From assembly GCA_963699155.1 (NCBI GenBank), contig OY969414.1, forward strand, positions 2,335,327 through 2,399,326: a DNA stretch of 64,000 bases, read 5' to 3'. The notes under the pieces were generated by a model that did no database searches, was not told where the DNA came from, and saw only the letters and a program-made list of their open reading frames with translations. Position 1 is the first letter of the stretch. Each line of letters starts with the position of its first letter. The position numbers were made by a program, and so were the translations under genes. Source of the stretch: an uncultured Chlamydiales bacterium (GTDB taxonomy: Bacteria > Chlamydiota > Chlamydiia > Chlamydiales > JAAKFR01). Below, one piece after another: positions 50,457-60,550 of this stretch.

Positions 50457-53104
50457 AAAAGATCAGGCTCGAGGAAGATCGCACTCGCACAAGAAATTGG
50501 AAAAGATGGGGTCCCTATCTGGCAGAAAGGCAGTGGGCGACTGTCCGCGAGGACTACTCCAGCAATGGAGAGAGTTGGAACTATTTTCCCTTTGAGCATG
50601 CCGCCTCAAGAGCCTATCGTTGGGGTGAGGATGGAATTTTGGGCCTCACAGATCGCGAATGCCGCCTCTGCTTCGCGATTGCTCTCTGGAATGGAAAAGA
50701 TCCGCTGATTAAAGAGCGGCTCTTCGGCTTGGTTCCCTACCAGGGAAATCATGGTGAGGATGTGAAGGAGTGCTACTACTACCTCGACTCCACGCCGACC
50801 CATTCCTATATGAAAGCACTCTATAAATATCCTCAAGAACGCTTTCCTTATGAAAAATTGATCGAAGAAAATCAAAAACGAGGACTTTCTCAACCTGAAT
50901 ATGAATTGATCGATACAGGGATTTTCGACAAAGGTGACTATTTCGATGTTTTTGTCGAGTATGCCAAGAATGGCCCTGACGATATCTTGATTCGGATCAG
51001 AGTCTGCAATCGCAGTCAAAAAGCGGCACCTCTCTATCTTCTACCGACCCTGTGGTTCCGTAATATCTGGTCTTGGGGATCCTATCCCGGAACTACAATG
51101 CGACCCTCTCTCTCCCTGCAGAAAGAGGGAATGGTCACAGGAACTCATGAAACTTTGGGAAATTGCTTTTTCTCCTACTCCGATGCCGACCTAGCAACTC
51201 CTCTCTTTACCGAAAATGCCACCAATTATGAGAAGCTCTTTGGAGTTCCCAATCAAGAGCGCTACGTTAAAGATGCCTTTCACGATTATCTCATCCGTGG
51301 AGAAAAAGAGAGAGTCAATTCCGATTTGACAGGAACCAAATTTGCCCCCTGCTACAATCTCCTCCTACAACCGGGAGAGGAGAGGCAGTTTCAATTTCGC
51401 TTGCTCTGTGCACCGGATTGGAAGCTGCTCAGCAACCCCTTTGAACAAGTTTTTGCAGCTAGGGAAACTGAAGCTAACGATTTTTATTCAGAAGTAATTA
51501 TAAAAAGTCTTAGCGCCGATGAAAAAGAGGTTTGTAGACAATCTTTTGGCGGCCTTCTCTGGTCTAAACAGTTTTATCACTATATTGTTGAAGAGTGGCT
51601 CGAAGGGGATCCTCACCAACCATTACCACCTGCTGAAAGAAAACATGGGCGCAATAAAGATTGGCCCCACCTCTTCTGCTACGATGTCATTTCTGTCCCC
51701 GATAAATGGGAGTACCCCTGGTTTGCCGCTTGGGATCTGGCTTTCCATATGATTCCTTTTGCCAAAATCGATCCTGAATTTGCCAAAAATCAGATCCTTC
51801 TCTTTCTCCGAGAATGGTACATGCATCCCAATGGGCAGCAGCCTGCCTATGAATATGAATTTTCCGATGTCAACCCACCTGTCCATGCGTGGGCTGCTTG
51901 GCGCGTCTATAAGATGACGGGCCCACGCGGCAATCGCGACGTCGCCTTTTTAGAAAGTGCCTTCCAAAAGCTGCTCCTCAACTTCACCTGGTGGGTCAAT
52001 CGGAAAGACCATTCAGGAAACAATCTCTTTTCAGGAGGCTTTTTAGGCCTCGATAACATCGGTGTCTTCGATCGGTCGAAAATCGCAAGACCGGGCGTTG
52101 TCCTCGAACAAGCTGACGGAACAGCCTGGATGGCTTTTTACTGTCTCACCATGCTGACCATTTCGCTCGAATTGGCCACTATCAACCCTGTTTATGAAGA
52201 CATGGCCTCCAAATTTTTCGAGCACTTCATCCACATTGCCGACGCAATCAACGAATTTGGCGGCAGTGGATTATGGGATGAAAAGGATGGCTTCTATTAC
52301 GATCTACTGAAACAAAATGATTGCCATGAATTCATCAGAACACGCTCTCTCGTCGGTCTCATGCCCCTGATCGCTGTTGAGATCATCGAAGAGCGCCACT
52401 TGAATATGCACAAAGGATTTGCCAAGAGGATGAACTGGTTTTTGAAGCATCGAGGCGATCTTCAAGAGGAGATCACCTATTGCGACGCTTCCGCTTCTCG
52501 GGGACACCGCATCCTCGCGATCCCTTCGAAAGAACGGCTGGAGCGCCTTTGCAGCTATCTCTTCAATGAAGAGGAATTTCTCTCACCCTTCGGCATCCGC
52601 TCCTTGAGCAAATTTTACGGTTCCGAGCCCTACCATCTCAACATCTGTAACGAAAAGCATTCGATCGAATATGTGCCCGGCGTCAGTAACAGCTATATGT
52701 TCGGAGGAAATTCCAATTGGCGTGGACCGATCTGGTTCCCGCTCAATTTCCTCATCATCGAAGCTCTCGAGCGCTACGATTATTTTTACGGCTCTACCTT
52801 CCAAATGGAATACCCGACCGGCTCAGGCCAGTACCACACCCTCAAAGAGATTGCCGACGACATTGCGGGCCGCCTCACCAAACTCTTCCTCCCTGATGCC
52901 AACGGCAACCGCCCCTGCTTCAATGGACAGAAACTCTATGCCCAAGATCCCCACTGGAAACATCTCATTCTCTTCAACGAATTTTTCCATGCTGAAACTG
53001 GCGAGGGCCTCGGTGCCTCCCATCAGACTGGCTGGACCGCCCTCACCTCCCGCCTCATGTACATGAAAAAACTGAGTGACATCCAGCAACACGCCCACTT
53101 TTGA
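50438..53104 (+). CDS. glycoside hydrolase, GH63/MGH1-like glucosidase
   Basis: WKRWGPYLAERQW, PDKWEYPWFAAWDLAFH, GGNSNWRGPIWFP, EFFHAETGEGLGASHQTGWT. Confidence 0.9.
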   Translation: MDTTVLEKIRLEEDRTRTRNWKRWGPYLAERQWATVREDYSSNGESWNYFPFEHAASRAYRWGEDGILGLTDRECRLCFAIALWNGKDPLIKERLFGLVPYQGNHGEDVKECYYYLDSTPTHSYMKALYKYPQERFPYEKLIEENQKRGLSQPEYELIDTGIFDKGDYFDVFVEYAKNGPDDILIRIRVCNRSQKAAPLYLLPTLWFRNIWSWGSYPGTTMRPSLSLQKEGMVTGTHETLGNCFFSYSDADLATPLFTENATNYEKLFGVPNQERYVKDAFHDYLIRGEKERVNSDLTGTKFAPCYNLLLQPGEERQFQFRLLCAPDWKLLSNPFEQVFAARETEANDFYSEVIIKSLSADEKEVCRQSFGGLLWSKQFYHYIVEEWLEGDPHQPLPPAERKHGRNKDWPHLFCYDVISVPDKWEYPWFAAWDLAFHMIPFAKIDPEFAKNQILLFLREWYMHPNGQQPAYEYEFSDVNPPVHAWAAWRVYKMTGPRGNRDVAFLESAFQKLLLNFTWWVNRKDHSGNNLFSGGFLGLDNIGVFDRSKIARPGVVLEQADGTAWMAFYCLTMLTISLELATINPVYEDMASKFFEHFIHIADAINEFGGSGLWDEKDGFYYDLLKQNDCHEFIRTRSLVGLMPLIAVEIIEERHLNMHKGFAKRMNWFLKHRGDLQEEITYCDASASRGHRILAIPSKERLERLCSYLFNEEEFLSPFGIRSLSKFYGSEPYHLNICNEKHSIEYVPGVSNSYMFGGNSNWRGPIWFPLNFLIIEALERYDYFYGSTFQMEYPTGSGQYHTLKEIADDIAGRLTKLFLPDANGNRPCFNGQKLYAQDPHWKHLILFNEFFHAETGEGLGASHQTGWTALTSRLMYMKKLSDIQQHAHF

Positions 53105-53128
53105 TTTATTCCTCGATCATTTAAACTG

Positions 53129-53869
53129 GTGACCATGCATACACTTTTTCTGCTGCTCATCATCGGAATCACAACTGCTCTATCAGCAGTCACCTCACCT
53201 ACTTTTTTACAAACATTAACCAATCCTGGCTCTAACGGTAATCTGCAACTCGCTGTCTCTTCAAATGGTGTCTCTGCAATTGCTGCGTGGACTAGCTTTC
53301 CAAATCAGGTTGAAATTCAGGCGGCCTTTTTTAATGGCACTGTCTGGCTGACAAATCTTCCACAACCTCTAGCAATACCCAATATTAGCCCCACCATTGC
53401 TCTTGGCAGTTCTCCTAAAGTGGGAATTGATCAATATGGCATTGCGACCATTGTTTGGGTGACTCCGAACAATCAAATTCGGGTGGCGCGCTACTTCCAA
53501 AACACTCTCATCGATACGAATCAATCGATCCAGCTGACAACGACGGGAACGATCAATAGCGCCCCTACGATGGCGGTCAGTCAAGATGGGACTGTGTTAG
53601 TGGTTTGGATCCAAAACACACCCTTCCAAGTCCTATGTAGTAGTTTAATTCCTAGCGCCCTAGGAGCGACTTGGTCTACACCTCAAATCTTTATGGCGAT
53701 TCCCGCCAATAATACCGCTGGCATCCCTGCGAATACTTTTGGTACCTACCCTGGAGGGGGTCTCGGTTTGGGAAATAGAATCCCCGTTGCTTTAAGAAAT
53801 CCTGGATTCGCTATTTGGACAGATGGCGCAACTGGAGCCGTCCGAGTCGGCAGCCTTTCTGTGCCATGA
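53129..53869 (+). CDS. exported hypothetical protein with beta-strand repeats
   Basis: Signal peptide; repeated P..(A/G)...G.A..(A/V)W units. Confidence 0.65.
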   Translation: MTMHTLFLLLIIGITTALSAVTSPTFLQTLTNPGSNGNLQLAVSSNGVSAIAAWTSFPNQVEIQAAFFNGTVWLTNLPQPLAIPNISPTIALGSSPKVGIDQYGIATIVWVTPNNQIRVARYFQNTLIDTNQSIQLTTTGTINSAPTMAVSQDGTVLVVWIQNTPFQVLCSSLIPSALGATWSTPQIFMAIPANNTAGIPANTFGTYPGGGLGLGNRIPVALRNPGFAIWTDGATGAVRVGSLSVP

Positions 53870-54327
53870 CATCCTACCAAATTTACTTGCAGAGGCCGGT
53901 TGATTTTGTACCTGAGATGGAGGCGTCGGGCTGTTATTGTGCATTTGGAGAGAAGTTGCTGCTCATCCAGCGGCAATCGTTTAAGTGGCAGGGAAACAAA
54001 TGGGGTGTGCCTGCAGGGAAGTTGAAAGAGGGCGAATCACCTGCTGCGGCAATTATTCGAGAGATGCAAGAAGAGGTGGGCATTGCACTGGTAAAAGAGC
54101 GTTTACGCCATATTCGCACTTTATATATTCGCTTGCCACCGACCGCTTACATTTTCCATATGTATTATTTTCCGCTTTTGCATTTACCGGATATTCGTTT
54201 GGATCTATCCGAAAATCAAGATGTCAAATGGGTCACAATTAGCGAAGCGTTGCAGCTGCCATTGATTGCTACTGGAAAAGAATCTCTCCTTTATTACAAA
54301 AGCTTTCTCTCATTAGTCTCCCTATAA
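53866..54327 (+). CDS. NUDIX hydrolase
   Basis: WGVPAGKLKEGESPAAAIIREMQEEVGI Nudix box; ATGA overlap. Confidence 0.9.
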   Translation: MTSYQIYLQRPVDFVPEMEASGCYCAFGEKLLLIQRQSFKWQGNKWGVPAGKLKEGESPAAAIIREMQEEVGIALVKERLRHIRTLYIRLPPTAYIFHMYYFPLLHLPDIRLDLSENQDVKWVTISEALQLPLIATGKESLLYYKSFLSLVSL

Positions 54328-54410
54328 CATGGCATTGTTATTGCCAAAAAAAAGGAAAATAAATTAAACAGGATGCAGCTTTCGTACAAATAACAATAAA
54401 AGGAGAATTT

Positions 54411-54890
54411 ATGACTATCATGGAAGAAGATAAAAGCGTACGCGAAACGGAAGAATTGATTAAAAAAGCACTGAAAAAAATTGGCGGAAATAAAGAAAAG
54501 GATATCTGCAAATATCTGCCAGCCGATACTGAAGGCTACATGCACCACTTTACTTTAAGAAAAATCAAAAAGACAAAGCCTTCAGAATTGCGTGCCCTGA
54601 TTGAAGAGTTTATTATGAATCCACCTGCACCTCGCCCTATTGATCCCAAGCCGCGCGCCCGTAGAAATAAATCCCTCTCCCTCAATCAAGCTGACTTAAA
54701 ATTGATTTTGAAATTGGCTCAAAAAACGGGTGATAAGCACCTCCTTTCTAAATTAGGAGCCAAGCTTTCCCTGCCTCGTATTAAGCGAGAATTGATTAAA
54801 TCGATTAAAGATGATCGTTTAGAAGAAGAACTATGGTATTCCTACGTTCAGGCATTAGAATCCTCTGCCTCAGAAACTGCGGAAACATAA
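54411..54890 (+). CDS. conserved Chlamydiae hypothetical protein (basic)
   Basis: KDICKYLP...GYMHHFTLRK motif recalled from chlamydial hypothetical proteins; RBS aaggag. Confidence 0.7.
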   Translation: MTIMEEDKSVRETEELIKKALKKIGGNKEKDICKYLPADTEGYMHHFTLRKIKKTKPSELRALIEEFIMNPPAPRPIDPKPRARRNKSLSLNQADLKLILKLAQKTGDKHLLSKLGAKLSLPRIKRELIKSIKDDRLEEELWYSYVQALESSASETAET

Positions 54891-54909
54891 CGAAACAGCA
54901 AAACTAAAT

Positions 54910-55701
54910 TTAAGATGATTGTGAGGAAGATCTTACTTCCTCACTCTTCTCTCTAGCCACCTGATCGGAGAGTAGTAGGGGCAAATGGCACCACTGGTAC
55001 TCCACGACAGCGGGATCAAAGGCTTGAGTCCGCTGATCTGCTCCAGAAAAGCGCACTCCAATATACTTCACACGGAAGGCCTCGGCGATCGGCTCCACAG
55101 TGAGAAGGTGCTCTTCTCGATCATCGACCATGAGGATCGTCTCTGGAGAGCAGCAGCTATCAAAATGTTGCAGGTAGCTGAGAAGAAGCGCTAAAGCATC
55201 AGCTTTTCCGACCTCCCCACAATAGATCACTCCATTTTCAAAGGTTGCTTCATTTCCAAGCGGTACACTAAAGGGGGTGAAGCGAACATTGAGACCGCGG
55301 AGTTGGCGCTCTGTGTGCTCTTTTTCTCGCGGGGCTCTGGCAGTAAAGCCAAAGACGAGGATTCCGGCTTCTCGCAGCTGGTCGATCATCAAAGGGCTTG
55401 CCGGATCGACAGAGCGCACAGGCACCACTTCCTGTAAAAAGTCCCAAGTGACATCAATCATCCGCTTCCGCTGCTCTTCAGGAATGTCCAGGGTGGCCAT
55501 CTTGTTGCGAAAATAGGTGCGCCAGGGGGCCGAACCGAGCATCAGCTCCGATTCAAAGAGTGTATTATCGAGATCGATCAGGACCATCGTTGAGCTATCG
55601 ACCAGGGGAAGAATCTCTTCAAATCTCCCGATCTCTAAAAGTGTGGCTGAAAGTGCAAGCGGTGCGAAGAGCAGCAGCAAACATGATAACAATTTTTTCA
55701 T
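54910..55701 (-). CDS. DUF2608 / HAD-like exported protein
   Basis: Signal peptide, IDLDNTL, FTAR, GK, MVDD. Confidence 0.75.
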   Translation of the reverse strand: MKKLLSCLLLLFAPLALSATLLEIGRFEEILPLVDSSTMVLIDLDNTLFESELMLGSAPWRTYFRNKMATLDIPEEQRKRMIDVTWDFLQEVVPVRSVDPASPLMIDQLREAGILVFGFTARAPREKEHTERQLRGLNVRFTPFSVPLGNEATFENGVIYCGEVGKADALALLLSYLQHFDSCCSPETILMVDDREEHLLTVEPIAEAFRVKYIGVRFSGADQRTQAFDPAVVEYQWCHLPLLLSDQVAREKSEEVRSSSQSS

Positions 55702-55743
55702 TTCTGATCCCTGCGCTGATTTTTCCGCTACATTATCAAAAAA

Positions 55744-55914
55744 GGGAGGTTGTTGCACCACTTTTTAGCACGAGATTCGCGAAAAAAAAGGACGATTTTA
55801 GCGGTGTTTGTCGATCGCAGCAAATAGCCAAAGTGTTATTTGCAAGATCGCGAACCGCTAAAAGCGAGCCGTTTTTTTCCGAAGATTGCGCTAAAAAGTG
55901 GTGCAACATCTCCC
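55744..55914. repeat. ~170-bp imperfect palindrome (MITE-like)
   Basis: gggaggttgttgcaccactttttagc ... gctaaaaagtggtgcaacatctccc, with inner ttttagcggt/accgctaaaa and gcaaatagc/gttatttgc pairings. Confidence 0.8.
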
Positions 55915-55925
55915 AAAGGGTTTTA

Positions 55926-55954
55926 TTGACAGTGGCTCAAAATAGGAATATAGT
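55926..55954 (+). promoter_or_regulatory. sigma66/sigma70-type promoter of azoR
   Basis: TTGACA-N17-TATAGT. Confidence 0.65.
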
Positions 55955-55984
55955 GATCTATCAATATTTTATTCTAAGGGTATT

Positions 55985-56608
55985 ATGGCTAAACTTCTTT
56001 ATATTGAAGCTTCTCCAAGAAAAGAGCGCTCGTCGTCGATCGCTGTCGCAAAAAAGTTTGTTGAGAGTTATCAGAAGAGTCATCCTGGGGATCAGGTGCA
56101 GGTGATCGATCTCTGGAAAAAAAATCTTCCTCCCTTCGATGGGGATGTGATCAATGCCAAGTATGCGATCATGAGTGGAGAGACGAAATCGCAGGAGCAG
56201 GTGAGGGCCTGGAAAGCGGTGGAAGAGCTGATCGCCGAGTTTAAAGCTGCGGACAAATATCTCTTCTCACTCCCCATGTGGAACTTCGGGATTCCTTACA
56301 AACTGAAGCACTATTTTGATCTGCTCGTCCAGCCCGGTTATGCTTTCAAGGTATCGCCTGAGGGGAATTATGAGGGGTTGGTGAAAGGCAAAAAAGTGGC
56401 TCTCGTCTATGCAAGAGGCGGTTCTTATGGCAGCAATGAGCCGATCGATCACCAAACCCACTATATGCAGGCGATTCTTGGCTTCATCGGGTTTGAAAAC
56501 TTCACATCGATTATCATTCAGCCTACTCTAGCTGGTGGGCCTGAAGTGAAAAAGAAGGTCCTAGATGCAGCCAATGCTCAAGCAGAAAAAGAGGCAGTTA
56601 AATTCTAG
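55985..56608 (+). CDS. azoR: FMN-dependent NADH-azoreductase
   Basis: LLYIEASPR...S.S, PMWNFGIPYKLK.YFD, ARGG.Y. Confidence 0.92.
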   Translation: MAKLLYIEASPRKERSSSIAVAKKFVESYQKSHPGDQVQVIDLWKKNLPPFDGDVINAKYAIMSGETKSQEQVRAWKAVEELIAEFKAADKYLFSLPMWNFGIPYKLKHYFDLLVQPGYAFKVSPEGNYEGLVKGKKVALVYARGGSYGSNEPIDHQTHYMQAILGFIGFENFTSIIIQPTLAGGPEVKKKVLDAANAQAEKEAVKF

Positions 56609-57686
56609 CAATACGATTCATCAGCCACGCGTCAGCGAGCACGAGAGCTGTCATCGCTTCGACGACAGGGACCGCCCGAATAGCGACGCAAGGGTCGTGA
56701 CGCGATCCTTCTGGCAGCTCCAGTAACCGCTCTTCTCCCTCTACATTGAGCGTGGGTTGATTCTTCCTGATGGTAGAGGTGGGTTTAAAGGCGACGCGGA
56801 AAATGAGGGGCATCCCTGTACTGATTCCCCCAAGTGTTCCTCCTGCATGGTTACTCTTTGTAGCGATTTTGCCCTCTTGCATGATAAAGAGATCGTTGTG
56901 CTCGCTCCCTTTCATCCTTGCAGCTAAAAAGCCTGCACCGATTTCAAAGCCTTTCGTGGCAGGAAGGCTCATCATCGCTTTGGCTAAGTTGGCTTCCAAT
57001 TTCTCATAAACAGGATCACCGAGACCAGTTGATAGATTGTGGCAGTGGCATTCGACGATGCCACCGAGAGAATCTCCCTCTTCGATCGCCTTTTCGAGAG
57101 CTTGAGCCATTTTGACGCTGGCCTCACTGTCAGGGCAGAAAAGGGCATCATGAGAGACCGCTTTTGTCAAAAGATCAAAATCTTGGGGGAGCTCTGCTTC
57201 GATAGGGCCGATTGTTTTGAGATAAGCGACCAGCTGGATTCCCTGATGCTCTAAAAGCTTGCGCGCAATGGCTCCGGCAGCGACACGGGCGGCTGTTTCG
57301 CGCGCCGATGCTCTCCCGCCTCCTCGATAGTCAAAGATGCCATATTTCTCGAGAAAGGTGAAGTGGGCGTGACCAGGTCTTAAAAGATCTTTAATCGGCT
57401 CATATTTGGTGGAATCGGCATCCTGGTTTGGAATAAGGATGGCGATCGGAGCACCTGTGGTAACCCCTTCAAAGATCCCTGAGAGGATCTTTGGCTGATC
57501 ACTCTCTTTTCTAGGTGAGGTGTAGGGGCTCTTTCCTGGTCTACGGCGCAGGAGCGCACTGGCGATATCGGCTTCGCATAAGGGAAGGCCAGCAGGACAA
57601 CCATCCACAACAACCCCAATCGCTGGTCCATGCGATTCTCCCCAAGTGGTGAGGGTAAACAGTTTGCCAAAGCTATTGCTGCCCAT
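56598..57686 (-). CDS. aroC: chorismate synthase
   Basis: TTWGESHG, RPGHA, GGGRASARET, FKPTSTI, RHDPC. Confidence 0.97.
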   Translation of the reverse strand: MGSNSFGKLFTLTTWGESHGPAIGVVVDGCPAGLPLCEADIASALLRRRPGKSPYTSPRKESDQPKILSGIFEGVTTGAPIAILIPNQDADSTKYEPIKDLLRPGHAHFTFLEKYGIFDYRGGGRASARETAARVAAGAIARKLLEHQGIQLVAYLKTIGPIEAELPQDFDLLTKAVSHDALFCPDSEASVKMAQALEKAIEEGDSLGGIVECHCHNLSTGLGDPVYEKLEANLAKAMMSLPATKGFEIGAGFLAARMKGSEHNDLFIMQEGKIATKSNHAGGTLGGISTGMPLIFRVAFKPTSTIRKNQPTLNVEGEERLLELPEGSRHDPCVAIRAVPVVEAMTALVLADAWLMNRIARI

Positions 57687-58167
57687 AGAACTTCTTCCAT
57701 TCTTTCATGAGATCACCCTGCTCTACATCTAAAATGTGGGCAGGAATTTTTTCATACCATTGTAATCGCTCGTGATAATAGGTTTCAAAAGAAGCTTCAG
57801 GATCTTTCGGATCGAGAAATGGCGGTAATGGGGGGTTGAGGATCCTTTTTTTCAAAGTCACTTTGGAACATTTCAAATAGAGCAGCTGCCCTAGCTGTTG
57901 AAGCCATAGTTGATTGTGGAGAATGGCACCTCCCCCTAAGGCAATGAGGCTATTCTGACTTCTTGATAGAGAGTGAATCACCTCAGCTTCTAACTTACGA
58001 AATTCTTTCTCACCCACTCTTCGATAGATTTCGCTGCAAGGTTGCCCTTGGGCATCGCTGAGAAGCTCATCGGTATCAATAAAATGGAGGGCCGATTCGG
58101 CAGCAAAGCGCATGCCCCAATAGCTCTTACCGCATCCTTTAAAGCCAAAAAGAATAAAGTTAGCCAT
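57673..58167 (-). CDS. aroK: shikimate kinase
   Basis: GFKGCGKS, FIDTD, GEKEFR.LE, ALGGG. Confidence 0.92.
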   Translation of the reverse strand: MANFILFGFKGCGKSYWGMRFAAESALHFIDTDELLSDAQGQPCSEIYRRVGEKEFRKLEAEVIHSLSRSQNSLIALGGGAILHNQLWLQQLGQLLYLKCSKVTLKKRILNPPLPPFLDPKDPEASFETYYHERLQWYEKIPAHILDVEQGDLMKEWKKFYGQQ

Positions 58168-59461
58168 CGATCTTAGCTCCTAAGGCTTGGAAATCTTTGA
58201 CGAAGTGGGGATAGCTCTTCCGAATGCAGCCAGCTCCACTGATCTGCGACTCGCCACTCGCAGCTAAGCTGGCCACTGCCAGTGCCATAGCGATCCGATG
58301 GTCACTATGCGAGTCAAGAGAAGCTCCAGTAAGCGCTTTAGGAGTAATCGTGAGGCCATCCCGCCTCTCTTCGATCTCGGCTCCCATTTTTCGGAGCTCT
58401 TGCGTGATTGCAGAGATCCGATCGGACTCTTTGTGCCTTGCGACCTCCCCATTAACAATGGTTGTCTTGCCTTTCGCGAAACAGGCAATCACAGCAAGGA
58501 TGGGAATGGCATCGATGATGGCATTGGCATCTATGCACACTCCTTCAAGCTGGTTTGAGGGCAGGATAGTGATCTTTTTGCTGCTGGGCTCCCTGATCAA
58601 CTGCGCCCCCATCTCTTCTAAGATCGAAACAATTTTTTGATCACCTTGGGTCCCAGAAAAGTCGATATTGTGCAGCGTCAGCTCCGATCTAGTAACGAGC
58701 GCAGCCGCTAATGGAAAGGCTGCGGCACTCCAGTCGCCAGGAACAGTGAAGGTGAATCCAGAATAGTTTAAAGGGCCTGTCACCCTATAGCGTTCATAAT
58801 TTTCATTGCTCACACGGCCACCTAAACGTTCTAGCCAATGAAGTGTGAGATCGATCCAGGGCTTTTCGCCAGGATCGGTTACTAAGAGCTCTGTGGTTCC
58901 AGAAACAAATGAGGTGGCGATCAATAAGCCAGAAACAGGCTGTGAATCGGCACCAGAAAAACAGGCAGAGCCTGGCTTGAGAGGTCCTTTGATCACCAAG
59001 GGAGCCCCTCCATCGCCTCGTGTTGAGACAGCGAAAGCGCCTAGCTGAGTGAGCGCAGAGATCAGTGGAAGGGCAGGACGGTTATGACGGATCGAAGCAT
59101 CCCCAGTAATGACCGTATAGGTGGGTAAAAGTGCGGCGAGACTGCCCACGAAGCGGAGCACCTGCCCCGAGTTTCCCGCATCGATCACATCCTCGCAGGG
59201 CTTCAGTTGGCCCTCCAAACCTTCGATGACCATTTTCTTGTCCTCGATGGCGATTTTTGCGCCAAAGAGACGCATCGCCGCCACCATCGCCTCTGTATCA
59301 GGTGAGGGCAGAAAATGGTCGACCACTGTCTTCCCATTGCCTAAACTGCCGAAGAGAATCGCCCGCATCGTGTGCGATTTTGAGGGTGGTAGCCAAAGAG
59401 ACCCGCGGAGTGAGCTTGGTGCAAGTTTTAGCAGTGACAAGCTGAGAGCTCCCCCACCCAA
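58160..59461 (-). CDS. aroA: EPSP synthase (start possibly TTG 59440)
   Basis: PPSKSHTMR, DAGNSG, DSQPVS, KESDRI, HSDHRIAM, KSYP.F. Confidence 0.96.
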   Translation of the reverse strand: MGGGALSLSLLKLAPSSLRGSLWLPPSKSHTMRAILFGSLGNGKTVVDHFLPSPDTEAMVAAMRLFGAKIAIEDKKMVIEGLEGQLKPCEDVIDAGNSGQVLRFVGSLAALLPTYTVITGDASIRHNRPALPLISALTQLGAFAVSTRGDGGAPLVIKGPLKPGSACFSGADSQPVSGLLIATSFVSGTTELLVTDPGEKPWIDLTLHWLERLGGRVSNENYERYRVTGPLNYSGFTFTVPGDWSAAAFPLAAALVTRSELTLHNIDFSGTQGDQKIVSILEEMGAQLIREPSSKKITILPSNQLEGVCIDANAIIDAIPILAVIACFAKGKTTIVNGEVARHKESDRISAITQELRKMGAEIEERRDGLTITPKALTGASLDSHSDHRIAMALAVASLAASGESQISGAGCIRKSYPHFVKDFQALGAKIDG

Positions 59462-60528
59462 TGGAATGCCTCTTCAAATAGGCTTTGAGATACAGGTGTG
59501 CAATACTCCCCAGAAAACGGAACTACAGAACCGATCGCTTCTAAAATAACACAGCGAGGCTGCGAATCTACAGCCTTTTTATCACGCCGCAAATATTCTT
59601 CTATTTCCAGGTTTAGAGGCAACTCTAAGGGAAAATTGTAGCTTTGCAATAGTCTGATGACCGCCTCTACCTCCTTTTGATTGAGATAGCCTAAGCGGGA
59701 GCTGATGTAGGCCTCTCCCACCATTCCTAAAGCCACCGCCGCCCCATGGGAAATCTCATAGTCCGAAGCCGCTTCAATCGCATGCCCTAAGGTATGTCCA
59801 AAGTTAAGTATCCGGCGATATCCCCTCTCAAAAGGATCTCGCTGGACTGTTTCCCATTTAATCTGGCAACAGCGCTCAATCTGTTCTTCAAGACGGTTTG
59901 TCTGATGCAAATCCTCAAACAAAAAATGAGAGGCGATGAGGCCGTACTTGATCATTTCACTCACCCCATTTTGCATTTCGTTACGGGGAAGGGTTCCCAG
60001 CACCTCGGGATCGATTAACACTGAAGAAGGATGATGAAAAGCGCCAATCAGATTTTTACCATAGGATGTGTTGATGCCCACTTTACCGCCGATGCTGGCA
60101 TCGACCATCCCTAAGAGGGTAGTGGGAATGGCGATGAAGGGGATGCCGCGGCAGTAGGTGGCAGCGACAAATCCGGCAAGATCAGTGACAACCCCTCCGC
60201 CTACAGCGAGAAGGAGACTATCGCGGCCATAGCCTGCCGCCATCATCTCCTCTTCTAATCGCTCTTTCCACTCCCGCGATTTATTTTTTTCACCTGGAGG
60301 AATGGCGAGGGGTAGAGGATCGTAGCCGGCCGCCTGGAGCTGTTTTGTGATCAAAGATCCCCATAAGGCATCGACCTTTGTGTCGGTGATGAGGGTGAGT
60401 CGATTGTTCGCCCCTTCAAGATGGTTGAGCCAATCCCCATTTTTGAGGCAGCCCTTTTGAATCATGATTTTTGACGAGGTCATCAAGACTTTGCAAAATT
60501 CGTTGACCATTCTTATATTTGAACTCAC
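59428..60528 (-). CDS. aroB: 3-dehydroquinate synthase (start uncertain)
   Basis: GE.NKS, GGGVVTDLAGF, PTTLLGMVDASIGGK, LNFGHTLGHAIE. Confidence 0.96.
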   Translation of the reverse strand: MSSNIRMVNEFCKVLMTSSKIMIQKGCLKNGDWLNHLEGANNRLTLITDTKVDALWGSLITKQLQAAGYDPLPLAIPPGEKNKSREWKERLEEEMMAAGYGRDSLLLAVGGGVVTDLAGFVAATYCRGIPFIAIPTTLLGMVDASIGGKVGINTSYGKNLIGAFHHPSSVLIDPEVLGTLPRNEMQNGVSEMIKYGLIASHFLFEDLHQTNRLEEQIERCCQIKWETVQRDPFERGYRRILNFGHTLGHAIEAASDYEISHGAAVALGMVGEAYISSRLGYLNQKEVEAVIRLLQSYNFPLELPLNLEIEEYLRRDKKAVDSQPRCVILEAIGSVVPFSGEYCTPVSQSLFEEAFHWVGELSACHC

Positions 60529-60550
60529 CTTTTAGAGGTCAACTTTTTTC

